Assembly (NCBI GenBank): GCA_977020255.1
Contig: CDROCS010000506.1
Location: 682,001-746,000, forward strand
Origin: Obrimoposthia wandeli
Lineage: Eukaryota
DNA length: 64,000 nt
Direction: 5' to 3'
The notes under the pieces are model-generated. The model saw nothing but the letters and a program-made list of their open reading frames with translations. It had not been told where the DNA came from and made no database searches. Positions 19,243 through 28,351 of the stretch are shown piece by piece; the first letter of the stretch is position 1, and every line of letters begins with the position of its first letter. The position numbers and the translations under genes are program-made.

Positions 19243-20586
19243 ATGACCCAGATGCCAACGTTAACTTCTTATGAACCAATCAGTCGTGCAGCTATCGGCA
19301 CGGTGAACATCACTACCGCAGAGCAACTGCCCACGTTAATCAATGCAGCTCAGCAAGCGCAACGGGACTGGGCAAGATTATCGTTAGGCATGCGTCAGCA
19401 ACAACTCAACCGCGCTTTTCAACAACTAACGCCAGTGCAAGATCAGTTAGCCAAATTAATCGGCCAAGAAATGGGCAAAGACTATCGCCGTGCAACCTAT
19501 GAAGCCGGTGGCACAATCCAAAGTGCCAGCTACTTTACCGATGAAATAGCGCAAGCGCTGGCACCTGAGCGTCTAGATCGTAATACCGAATTACAATATC
19601 GACCGCTGGGTATTGTCGCTGTAATTGCGCCTTGGAATTATCCTTTGGCCATGGCTAATAATTTATTAATGCCCGCGTTAATGGCTGGTAACGCAGTGAT
19701 CTTAAAGCCTTCAGAAGAAACGCCCTTAGTAGCTGAATTATTTGTTAATACCCTCAATAAAGTACTGCCGAAGGGATTACTACAACTTGCCCAAGGTGAT
19801 GCTGAAACAGGTAAAGCATTAGTGGCTAGTGCCGTTCATATGGTGGCGTTTACGGGTTCGATGGCTACCGGCAAGCATATTATGGCTAGCGCTGCGCCAG
19901 CGTTGAAACGATTGGTGATGGAACTTGGCGGTAACGACCCAATGATCGTGATGGCCAGTGCTGACATTGATGCAGCGGTACAATTTGCAGTAGCCAGTTC
20001 TTTTGAGAATGCCGGTCAGATGTGTACATCGACCGAACGCGTTTATGTCGATGCGCGTATTGCGAAAGAATTTGAACATAAAGTGGTGGCGCTCGCACGT
20101 CAATATCAAGTCGGGGCTTGGGATAAACCACGGGTTAACATTGGTCCTCTCGTTAATCCACTGCAGCATCAAAAAGTATTAGCGCAATTACAAGATGCTA
20201 CGCAAAAGGGCGCGCAATTACTCTTAGGCCGTGATGATTACCCATTACCGTTTATTCAGCCAACGGTTGTCACGGGCATGACTGCCGACATGAGCCTAGA
20301 ATGCGATGAGACCTTTGGTCCAGTTGTCGCGATTAGTCATTTTGAACATATAGATGAAGCGATCAGCCGTGCTAATGACAGCCCTTATGGTTTAGGCGCC
20401 GTGGTATTTGGTGGTCAGGGCGCAGCTGCTGTGGCCGAGCAACTTGAGGCTGGTATGGTCGGCGTTAATCAAGGCGTAGGTGGCGGCGCAGCACCTTGGG
20501 TTGGCGCTAAACAAAGTGGCTTTGGCTTTCATGGTACAGCAGCAGGCCATCGTCAATTCGCCCAAGTACGCGTTATCAGTAAATAA
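19243..20586 (+). CDS. Aldehyde dehydrogenase family protein
   Basis: 447 aa; IAPWNYP, LKPSEETP, FTGS, catalytic MELGGNDP and NAGQMCTS, ETFGPV. Confidence 0.93.
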   Translation: MTQMPTLTSYEPISRAAIGTVNITTAEQLPTLINAAQQAQRDWARLSLGMRQQQLNRAFQQLTPVQDQLAKLIGQEMGKDYRRATYEAGGTIQSASYFTDEIAQALAPERLDRNTELQYRPLGIVAVIAPWNYPLAMANNLLMPALMAGNAVILKPSEETPLVAELFVNTLNKVLPKGLLQLAQGDAETGKALVASAVHMVAFTGSMATGKHIMASAAPALKRLVMELGGNDPMIVMASADIDAAVQFAVASSFENAGQMCTSTERVYVDARIAKEFEHKVVALARQYQVGAWDKPRVNIGPLVNPLQHQKVLAQLQDATQKGAQLLLGRDDYPLPFIQPTVVTGMTADMSLECDETFGPVVAISHFEHIDEAISRANDSPYGLGAVVFGGQGAAAVAEQLEAGMVGVNQGVGGGAAPWVGAKQSGFGFHGTAAGHRQFAQVRVISK

Positions 20587-20600
20587 TAAGGATTGATTAA

Positions 20601-21395
20601 ATGAATTTAAAACCAACCAATATAGAATCCAGTAATCCTGACTTTTTTGTCGCCGCTTATGAAGCTGGCGCGGAACATCCAGCACTGCCAACCTGGGCGA
20701 ATCATAAGCCTAATCTAGCGGCCTTAGCACCACGAGCGGCACAGACTGTAACCCGCCAAGACTTAGATCAAGTACCGGGAGCGTTTCAACTGTTAAATGT
20801 GTTATCGCCAGCCGAGTGTCAGCAACTGATCCAAGTCAGCGAGTCGATGGGCTATTTACCCGATGCAGCAGTATCGTTACCCCGTGATGTTCGTCATAAC
20901 GACAGTTTAACCTGGGTTGTAGATAAGCAAACAGATGGCTTAATTTGGAACCGAGTGAAGCATTTAATGACCGACGAACAGGGGTTATTTGATGGTAAAG
21001 CAGCGCTGGGGATCAATGCTCGTTTTCGTTTCTACCGTTACAGCAAAGGCGATTACTTTAAGCCTCATTCTGATGGTTCTTGGCCTGGTAGCCGAGTGAT
21101 TAATAATAAATTAATTGCTGATTCTTATGGCGACCGCTATAGCCAAATGACCTTCTTGATCTTACTGAGTGAAGATTTTGACGGTGGTGCAACCCGATTT
21201 TTAGTCAATGCCAATGCTCCAAGTCAACCCGCTCGTCGTGGTAGTCCTGTCGCTGAAGTAGATATTCGTACGCCTGCGGGCAGTATTTTATGTTTCCCAC
21301 ATGGCATGCATCCATTACATTGTATTCATAGCTCGGAACCAATTTATCGCGGCGTGAAATACATCATTCGTAGTGATGTATTATTTGCCTTATAG
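20601..21395 (+). CDS. 2-oxoglutarate/Fe(II) dioxygenase, prolyl-4-hydroxylase-like
   Basis: RFRFYRY..GDYFKPHSDG (HxD), TFLILL, GGATRF, distal His CIHSSEP, KYIIRSD. Confidence 0.85.
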   Translation: MNLKPTNIESSNPDFFVAAYEAGAEHPALPTWANHKPNLAALAPRAAQTVTRQDLDQVPGAFQLLNVLSPAECQQLIQVSESMGYLPDAAVSLPRDVRHNDSLTWVVDKQTDGLIWNRVKHLMTDEQGLFDGKAALGINARFRFYRYSKGDYFKPHSDGSWPGSRVINNKLIADSYGDRYSQMTFLILLSEDFDGGATRFLVNANAPSQPARRGSPVAEVDIRTPAGSILCFPHGMHPLHCIHSSEPIYRGVKYIIRSDVLFAL

Positions 21396-21516
21396 AGATA
21401 TAAATTTAAAAACTTATCTCATTCCTGTATGGTGAAGCACAATAAATTAGAAATTGACTACTGTCTGCCAAAAGACACTGTAATCAACACCATTTTCAAG
21501 ATATCAGGGAATAGTT

Positions 21517-22146
21517 ATGAAAATTATCAGCCAAAAAATGCGTAAATTATTATTGGTTATCGCGTTACCCGTATTAGCTTCAGGCTGTGCAGGTAATATC
21601 GAAAAGCTAAATGCAGACACGGAATTTGGTCCTGCACCGCAAGCTTACCAACAAACCATTAAAGATTATTTTGCTGAAGAGTTAAATAACCCTGAAGTTG
21701 CCGAGTATGTGATTAGCGAACCAATGAAATTTTATCGTTCACAATCATCTGTAGCAGGCTTAGGTGGCGGTGTTAAATGGCATGCTTGGGTTGCAGAAGT
21801 AGGTATTCCAGGTAAAGCAATATTCAAATATTTATCAAGCAGTAATAACGAACTAACGCATTACTATGTTCGTTTTGAAGGCAATGACATCGACACTGTA
21901 TATGATGGTAAGGGTTATGATTCATTAAAAAATGAAACCGGCTTTACCGTTGGTGAATACGCAAGTATCGACAACATTACAGTTACAGCAGAAACAGCCA
22001 AAGTAATTAAAACAGAAAAAGCAGAAGAAGAAGAAGAGTTAATGAATAGCTTTGAATCTATTCGCGCATTAAACAAGCTATATAAAGAAGGTATTATTAC
22101 TGAAGAAGAATATAGCCTGAAGAAGAAAGCTATTTTAAAGATCTAA
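21517..22146 (+). CDS. Uncharacterised lipoprotein with C-terminal SHOCT domain
   Basis: Lipobox LASGC; FGPAPQAYQQTIKDYF; C-terminal LNKLYKEGIITEEEYSLKKKAIL; start may be 21538. Confidence 0.7.
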   Translation: MKIISQKMRKLLLVIALPVLASGCAGNIEKLNADTEFGPAPQAYQQTIKDYFAEELNNPEVAEYVISEPMKFYRSQSSVAGLGGGVKWHAWVAEVGIPGKAIFKYLSSSNNELTHYYVRFEGNDIDTVYDGKGYDSLKNETGFTVGEYASIDNITVTAETAKVIKTEKAEEEEELMNSFESIRALNKLYKEGIITEEEYSLKKKAILKI

Positions 22147-22172
22147 TTTTTATTTAAAATACAGTTCTAAAT

Positions 22173-22210
22173 AAAACGCCAAAATATCAGTGATGATATT
22201 TTGGCGTTTT
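22173..22210. terminator. Bidirectional terminator closing the lap operon
   Basis: 17-bp perfect stem aaaacgccaaaatatca / tgatattttggcgtttt. Confidence 0.8.
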
Positions 22211-22267
22211 TCTATTTCTATTTCTGCTCTAAGATACCTTAGCCAAATCCAGTAATAAACCTTATTT

Positions 22268-24196
22268 TCAATTCATGCTAATCACATCTTCAGGTGCCGA
22301 AATATAGCCTTGGTATCCTGCTGCTCGTAATGATTGGATTTGATCTAGTTGTTGCTGATTTTCAATCGCGGTCATGATCACCTTAATGTTAAGTCCTTTG
22401 GCAATATTAACTAACGCGCGACATAATTCATTATTCTGTTGGTTATTACTGTAAAAAGCCAACGATTGATCCAGTTTCACATAATGCGGTTTTAACTGCT
22501 GCAGATAACTTAACGACCCCATCTGACGGCCGCAATGGTCAATACCAAGTTGCGCGCCGCCAGCACGGATCAGCTCAGCTAACTGTATACATGCGGTCAA
22601 ATTATTATTCGCACCGACTTCTGGGATCTCAAAATAAATCCGCTCAACAAATTGAGTTCGTTGCAAAAATGCAGCTAGCCAGGTGTGGAATTCAGGATCC
22701 TGTAAACTGTCATGGGTTAGGTTCACTGCAACAGGCTCGCTGTGCATAGCTAAAATACCTTGCTCAACAAGCGATTCCAATAAACAACGATCGAGCTGAC
22801 TACCCAATGACAACAACTCAACATACGGCATAAATTGCCCTGCACGCACTTGTTGGCCATCAATGTTCAATCGGCAATATAGCTCGCGCTGTAATACCTC
22901 ATGATGCTCGCTATCTAATACTGACTGCCATTGAAATACAAAGTGATTTTGATTAATAGCAGTCACTAAACGATGACGCCACTGCTCACGGTTAAACTCT
23001 TGTTGATTCTGACTATCAAACCAGCTGCTAGCTTTATTCGCCGCCATTGCTTGCTGTAAAGCATTATCAGCCTGTGATAATAATTCGCTGGCTTGCATAT
23101 CACCATTACGTTCTGTCACACCAATGGCAAAACCACTGTTTGGTACACAGCCCGCTTTTGACATTTCTTGGTTAATCAAACGGATCAGTGATTGTAAATA
23201 CAAATTGATGTCCTGACGCTCACCCTTAGTGATCAGTAAACCAAACTCTGTGTTAGCGATACGCGCAATCACACTTTCCGCAATTGGGGGTAACTGCTCT
23301 TGCATCCGTAGCGCCAATACTCGGATCGTTTCATCGCGGACTTGATAGCCATATTTACTGTAGATCTCATCTAGCCAATCCATTTTCACTAATAACAGAC
23401 CGCCATAACCGGGATCGGTTAACCAACTATTTAGCTGCCCAGTAAGGTACTGGCGATTGGGTAAATTAGACACACCATCAATCAAATTGTCATGGCGTAA
23501 ACTATCCACCTCATTATCTAAGGTATTAAATACTTGCTTAAGCTGACCAGACATCGAATTAATCGACTCCACCACCATTTTCAGTTCAGCTGTTTTTGGT
23601 AAAGCTATATCAGAATTAAATACCCGCTGCGCAATCGCATTGGCATGAGTAGCAATGTCATTCAACGGTGTTAATAATGTCTTCAATCTAAAATAGAGTA
23701 CTATGATCGATAACAAAAATAATACTGATATCACCAGTAAAGTATTGTTCATCACCCGCCATAACTCTCGATAGCCTAAACCAGGATGTGCTTCAACTTT
23801 CAAGTTAGCGAGTTGTAACCATCCAGATGTAATCACACTTTCACTGCTTTGACTGGTGAATAAATCCAAATCAATAAACCACTGTGGTACACCTTCAACT
23901 ACGACCGGGTTTTCCCACTCCTGAACCTGCTGATCGGATAACCAAGTCAAACTGACTTTACGGTAAAAGCCACCCTCAAAGATCACATTAACTAAGGTTT
24001 CAGCGGCAACCATATCCCCTGTTTGTAGATGTGGTTTTAGCATCAAACTTAACGATGTGGTGGTATTATTCAGATCTGATTCCATTTGACTGGTCATAAA
24101 ATCACGTGTTTCAAGAAACTGAAAATAAGCCAAACTTGTCATCACCAACACAAAAAGGCCAAATAACAACGAGTAGATCTGTTTAAACAAGGTCAT
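22268..24196 (-). CDS. lapD: LapD/BpfD c-di-GMP receptor (periplasmic LapD/MoxY domain, HAMP, degenerate GGDEF and EAL)
   Basis: MTLFKQIY, VEGVPQWF, SGWLQLA, AHPG...ELW; GGDEF replaced by RIANTEF, EAL by ELYCR. Confidence 0.92.
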   Translation of the reverse strand: MTLFKQIYSLLFGLFVLVMTSLAYFQFLETRDFMTSQMESDLNNTTTSLSLMLKPHLQTGDMVAAETLVNVIFEGGFYRKVSLTWLSDQQVQEWENPVVVEGVPQWFIDLDLFTSQSSESVITSGWLQLANLKVEAHPGLGYRELWRVMNNTLLVISVLFLLSIIVLYFRLKTLLTPLNDIATHANAIAQRVFNSDIALPKTAELKMVVESINSMSGQLKQVFNTLDNEVDSLRHDNLIDGVSNLPNRQYLTGQLNSWLTDPGYGGLLLVKMDWLDEIYSKYGYQVRDETIRVLALRMQEQLPPIAESVIARIANTEFGLLITKGERQDINLYLQSLIRLINQEMSKAGCVPNSGFAIGVTERNGDMQASELLSQADNALQQAMAANKASSWFDSQNQQEFNREQWRHRLVTAINQNHFVFQWQSVLDSEHHEVLQRELYCRLNIDGQQVRAGQFMPYVELLSLGSQLDRCLLESLVEQGILAMHSEPVAVNLTHDSLQDPEFHTWLAAFLQRTQFVERIYFEIPEVGANNNLTACIQLAELIRAGGAQLGIDHCGRQMGSLSYLQQLKPHYVKLDQSLAFYSNNQQNNELCRALVNIAKGLNIKVIMTAIENQQQLDQIQSLRAAGYQGYISAPEDVISMN

Positions 24197-24200
24197 TCCA

Positions 24201-24851
24201 TTACTCCAAACTCAGCTTGGCTTGCTTTAAATTTAACAAGCCCATACGCTGATTTAAATTACTCCAACGCTTTAAACGTTGTGATTTACCGGCCAAAACA
24301 CCTTGGCCTTTTGCTTTGTTTAGCCATAATTTCTTACCGTTAAAACTATATACTGGTAGTAAGTCATTACGCTGATCCGCAGGTTTTATCTCGCCATCAA
24401 TATTATCCAAAATAAGTGGTACTGCCCCAGGGGTTGGGTAATAGGCAACAACCATATGATATTGATTCAGCGTTAAGGACTTAACCATGGTAATCCGCAT
24501 TTTTTCATCCGCAACTCCAAGCTCTAACAGACTGAAATATTTAGCGATTGCAAAGTCTTCACAATCACCACCGTTCACCCCAATAAATTCGATTGGCGTA
24601 GCCCAATAGTTTTCAACGCCCCACAGTTTAATATCATCAATAAACTGTAGTTGATTAAAAAAATCATTTATCTGCGCCAGTTTATCAGCATTCGACACAT
24701 CACTCGCGCTAGCCATAATATTCAACCAAGCACGACCTCGTAGCCCTGCTCGTTGGCCATAGTTATCAATCAGCGCTGCCACAATTTTTTGATTTTTCAG
24801 CTTAGGCACTGATTTTGCTGGTAAACCGAAAACCAGAAATAACATCAGCAT
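24201..24851 (-). CDS. lapG: LapG/BpfG transglutaminase-like periplasmic cysteine protease
   Basis: YWATPIEF, catalytic triad GDCEDFAIAKY / YHMVVAY / LILDN; exact start uncertain. Confidence 0.92.
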   Translation of the reverse strand: MLMLFLVFGLPAKSVPKLKNQKIVAALIDNYGQRAGLRGRAWLNIMASASDVSNADKLAQINDFFNQLQFIDDIKLWGVENYWATPIEFIGVNGGDCEDFAIAKYFSLLELGVADEKMRITMVKSLTLNQYHMVVAYYPTPGAVPLILDNIDGEIKPADQRNDLLPVYSFNGKKLWLNKAKGQGVLAGKSQRLKRWSNLNQRMGLLNLKQAKLSLE

Positions 24852-24910
24852 AGCTGTTAATTTAACTACTTGGATACATCCATCCCATAGGAAAACGAAA
24901 CGAATAAAAA

Positions 24911-25555
24911 CTAAAGTGTTTTATCAACACTATAAATAGTCCATTTCATATCTTGAGTTAAATTTTCACCGCTTAATTCCGCCACAATTCGGCGATTACG
25001 TTTATGTGCCGATTTGCTATTACCTTCATCAAGTAAGTGTTCAAAGCCATAACCAATCGCCGATACTCTAGACGTTGATACGCCAAATCGATTCACCAAC
25101 AAATCCATGACAGCTTGTGCTCGGCGCTGTGATAAATTCATATTTAACGCTGCGCTACCTTGCTTACTCGAATGACCTTCAATGAGCACATCTAAACCTG
25201 GATAGCGAGACATAAAGTCAGCAAGTTCTTTAATATCAGTAAAGTAACGCGCAGAGATAACCGCAGAGTTATTGCCAAAATTAACCTTTAATTCTTGTCT
25301 CACTGTATTAACCGTATCACCACCACAACCGCTATTATCGACTTGTGAACCGAGTACTGAGTTTAAGCACTGCTCACGATAAGTAATGACCCCGTCAGCA
25401 TCATCATCACTGAGATCATTTTCTTGTAACTGTACCTCTGGCATCGCTACCGTTTCTGTTGGCGTTGATGGCGCCGCAGCAGTCGCTTGTAATTCTGCGA
25501 TAGTTTCACAACCAAGCAGCAGAAAACTCATTATAAAAATGCTTAATAATTTCAT
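24911..25555 (-). CDS. OmpA-family lipoprotein of the lap operon
   Basis: Lipobox LLGC; DDDADGV...C...GC loop; OmpA C-terminal IEGHSS, NLSQRRA, GYG, NRRI. Confidence 0.88.
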   Translation of the reverse strand: MKLLSIFIMSFLLLGCETIAELQATAAAPSTPTETVAMPEVQLQENDLSDDDADGVITYREQCLNSVLGSQVDNSGCGGDTVNTVRQELKVNFGNNSAVISARYFTDIKELADFMSRYPGLDVLIEGHSSKQGSAALNMNLSQRRAQAVMDLLVNRFGVSTSRVSAIGYGFEHLLDEGNSKSAHKRNRRIVAELSGENLTQDMKWTIYSVDKTL

Positions 25556-26949
25556 TACTCAACGCCTCCTGCGTATTGATTTTCACCTTTCCACACAGCC
25601 GGTCGGGTCACTCTTAACGAATCTAATAGTTGGCCAGTGGCATTTAATAAACGATATTGAGTAACAATTTCATCAAACTCTGCATCAACGAATTCTTTAC
25701 GCGCTTCAAATAATTCATTTTCGGTATCAAGTAGATCAAGAAGACTACGTTGGCCCAGTTTAAACTGCTGCTCATAAGCCGCTTGCGAGTCTTTCGACGC
25801 TATAACATGCTCTTTAATGTACTGCATCTGTAAGCCTAATAACTCATGCGCATTCCAAGCTAACGTAAAACCTTCCGTGATTTGACGATGTACACTGCGA
25901 TTAATCTCACTCGCTTCCGTGATCTTATATGCCGTTTCTTTCGCTAACGCTTTGTCTTTACCACCGGAGTATAAATTATAAGACAAACGGACCATCGCAG
26001 TAACATCATTATTATGACCACCGACGCCACTACCATCAACACCATCAAGGTCGTTATTAAAATTAGCATCGACTTCGAATGTCACTTTCGGGTAATAATT
26101 AGACTTGGCGGCATCGTGCTGATAACGCGCAGAGGTAATATCATTATTCGATGATTTAACGACAGGGTGATTAACGAGAGCATCGCGTAAACCCATTTCA
26201 CGATTGACAGGTAACAGTTCTACATCAGGAATAGGGATAACTAAATTATCCGGTCGCTGATCTGTCACCCGAATGAATTGGGCTTGGTTATCCAAATAAT
26301 TATTCTTTGCTGAAATAACATTGGATTGTGCACGCGCCAAACGACCTGTGATTTGTGATAAATCAGCAATACTACCCAAACCGGAACTCGTGCGTTCTTC
26401 GATTTGACCAAAAATGGTTTTATGCGTTGATAAATTGCGCTCAGAGAGTTCAAGAATACGCTGACTCTTCAATAAACTGGTATACACTTTGGTGACATCT
26501 AACGCCACATCTTCAGCGGTACCAAATAAACGCCATTGCTCAGCACTAGTTGCATAGCTAGTGCGGCTAATATCACTACTAGTTTGAAAACCGCTAAATA
26601 AACTTTGTTTAAGGCTAACCCCAAACTCACCACGATTTAGATCCTCTGTATCATCACCACCGCCGCTTCGAGTACCTGGACTATCCGTATATTCATAGCC
26701 ATAACCAGCCGTCACATCAATACTAGGTAAGTAGCCCGCTTCCGCTTGCTGTACTTGCTCTTCACGTACTTTAAATTTAGTAAAAGCAATGCGAATATCT
26801 GGATGAGTACTTAACGTCATCGCTACCGTTTCTTCTACAGATTGAGCATTAACAGCTACAGACCAGCCAATCACAGAGCACATAAGTGCAGGGTAAAATA
26901 ACCCTTTAGTGAACAATGTAGGCTGACATAAAGCGTCGTTAATTGGCAT
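25555..26949 (-). CDS. lapE: TolC-family T1SS outer-membrane channel (LapE/AggA)
   Basis: HPDI, AGYLPSID, SLLDLLDTENELF; start moved to ATG 26949 (AAGGA RBS). Confidence 0.88.
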   Translation of the reverse strand: MPINDALCQPTLFTKGLFYPALMCSVIGWSVAVNAQSVEETVAMTLSTHPDIRIAFTKFKVREEQVQQAEAGYLPSIDVTAGYGYEYTDSPGTRSGGGDDTEDLNRGEFGVSLKQSLFSGFQTSSDISRTSYATSAEQWRLFGTAEDVALDVTKVYTSLLKSQRILELSERNLSTHKTIFGQIEERTSSGLGSIADLSQITGRLARAQSNVISAKNNYLDNQAQFIRVTDQRPDNLVIPIPDVELLPVNREMGLRDALVNHPVVKSSNNDITSARYQHDAAKSNYYPKVTFEVDANFNNDLDGVDGSGVGGHNNDVTAMVRLSYNLYSGGKDKALAKETAYKITEASEINRSVHRQITEGFTLAWNAHELLGLQMQYIKEHVIASKDSQAAYEQQFKLGQRSLLDLLDTENELFEARKEFVDAEFDEIVTQYRLLNATGQLLDSLRVTRPAVWKGENQYAGGVE

Positions 26950-26983
26950 ATTGTTGTCCTTGTAATATGTATTCATTTGCAAT

Positions 26984-28351
26984 TTAAAGCTCCCTGAGCG
27001 CCATCGCTTTGGCTCTCAACACTGGATTTAGTATGTACTCAAGTACAGTTCGTTTACCGATAATGACATCAACAGACGTCATCATACCCGGAATAATTGG
27101 CATTTCATGATTACCCTGAATATCTGAAATATCAGTCCTAACACGAATGATATAAAAGCTATTACCTTCTTCATCTTGGGTCGTATCAGCACTGATATGT
27201 TCAACAACCCCTTTTAAACCACCATATCGAGTGAAATCATAAGCCGTTATTTTGACTACTGCCGCTAACCCTAAATGCACAAAAGCGATATCCTTGGGTT
27301 TAATCTTAGCTTCAATTAATAACTTATCTTCTGTTGGCACAATCTCTAACAATGCTTGACCTGGCTGTACCACACCACCCAATGTTCTAATATGTATTGT
27401 TTTAATAGTGCCAACTACCGGTGAGACAATCAGGGCTTTATTGACCTTATCTTCCGCGCCAACTTTAGCCTCGGTAATACGAGAAAATTTACTTTGTAAT
27501 TCATTCAGCTGGGCACGCGCATCGGCGCGATAGTTAAGTACTGCTTCGCGACGTTTTAATACTGCTTCAGCCATCGCTGACTCTAGTTTTGGTACCATTA
27601 AACGGATCGAGTTTAGTTCACCTTTAATACCATTAACACTACGTTCTAATTTAAGTAATTCGACTTCCGATATAATGAATTTCTTCGCTAATGGCCGCGT
27701 TAAAGATAATTCCCGAGCCGCAAATTTGTAACTAATTTCTAACGTTTTAATTTTTGATTTTAGCTCTTTAGTTTCTTCAAAGCGCTGCTGTATCTGTAGC
27801 CCTTGAATCGCGACTAGGTTAGCTAAGCTATCTAATCGTGCACGATATTCATCTTGTTGACGGGTAACCAAATAAGGTAAGTTTTGCTGTAGATCGTCAG
27901 GAAAAATAAGTGGTGTTTTAGTGATCTTAATTTGCAATTGCCAATTAGGTACATCCGCGACTAAGATACTGCTTAACTCACTGCGTAAACGAATAATATC
28001 AGCACGTAAACTATCAACTTCCTGGCGTTGCTGCGCTAAATCTGCACGAAAACGGGTATCATCAATGCGCGCTAACGCTTGATTCTTAGTCACTAATGCG
28101 CCTTCTTGTACATATAAATCCTGTAAAATACCGCCATCTAAGCTTTGAATGATTTGGATTTGAGAAGAAGGAACGACTTTACCCATGCCTGTCGTTACAC
28201 GATCTAACTTGGCAAAATAAGCCCAAACGATAAAGCTAAATACAAAAGCGGTAACGGCCCATATTGTTAATCGATGAATACGCGGGCTTTGTGTTAACAG
28301 CGCGCCATAAACGTCATCCGCCATCTCAAGATCTTGCTTACTTATTTTCAT
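26984..28351 (-). CDS. lapC: HlyD-family T1SS membrane-fusion protein (LapC/AggB)
   Basis: GKVVPSSQIQIIQSLDGG, SPVVGTI, GGVVQPG, KITAYDFTRYG, PGMMTSVDV...TVLEYIL. Confidence 0.92.
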   Translation of the reverse strand: MKISKQDLEMADDVYGALLTQSPRIHRLTIWAVTAFVFSFIVWAYFAKLDRVTTGMGKVVPSSQIQIIQSLDGGILQDLYVQEGALVTKNQALARIDDTRFRADLAQQRQEVDSLRADIIRLRSELSSILVADVPNWQLQIKITKTPLIFPDDLQQNLPYLVTRQQDEYRARLDSLANLVAIQGLQIQQRFEETKELKSKIKTLEISYKFAARELSLTRPLAKKFIISEVELLKLERSVNGIKGELNSIRLMVPKLESAMAEAVLKRREAVLNYRADARAQLNELQSKFSRITEAKVGAEDKVNKALIVSPVVGTIKTIHIRTLGGVVQPGQALLEIVPTEDKLLIEAKIKPKDIAFVHLGLAAVVKITAYDFTRYGGLKGVVEHISADTTQDEEGNSFYIIRVRTDISDIQGNHEMPIIPGMMTSVDVIIGKRTVLEYILNPVLRAKAMALREL

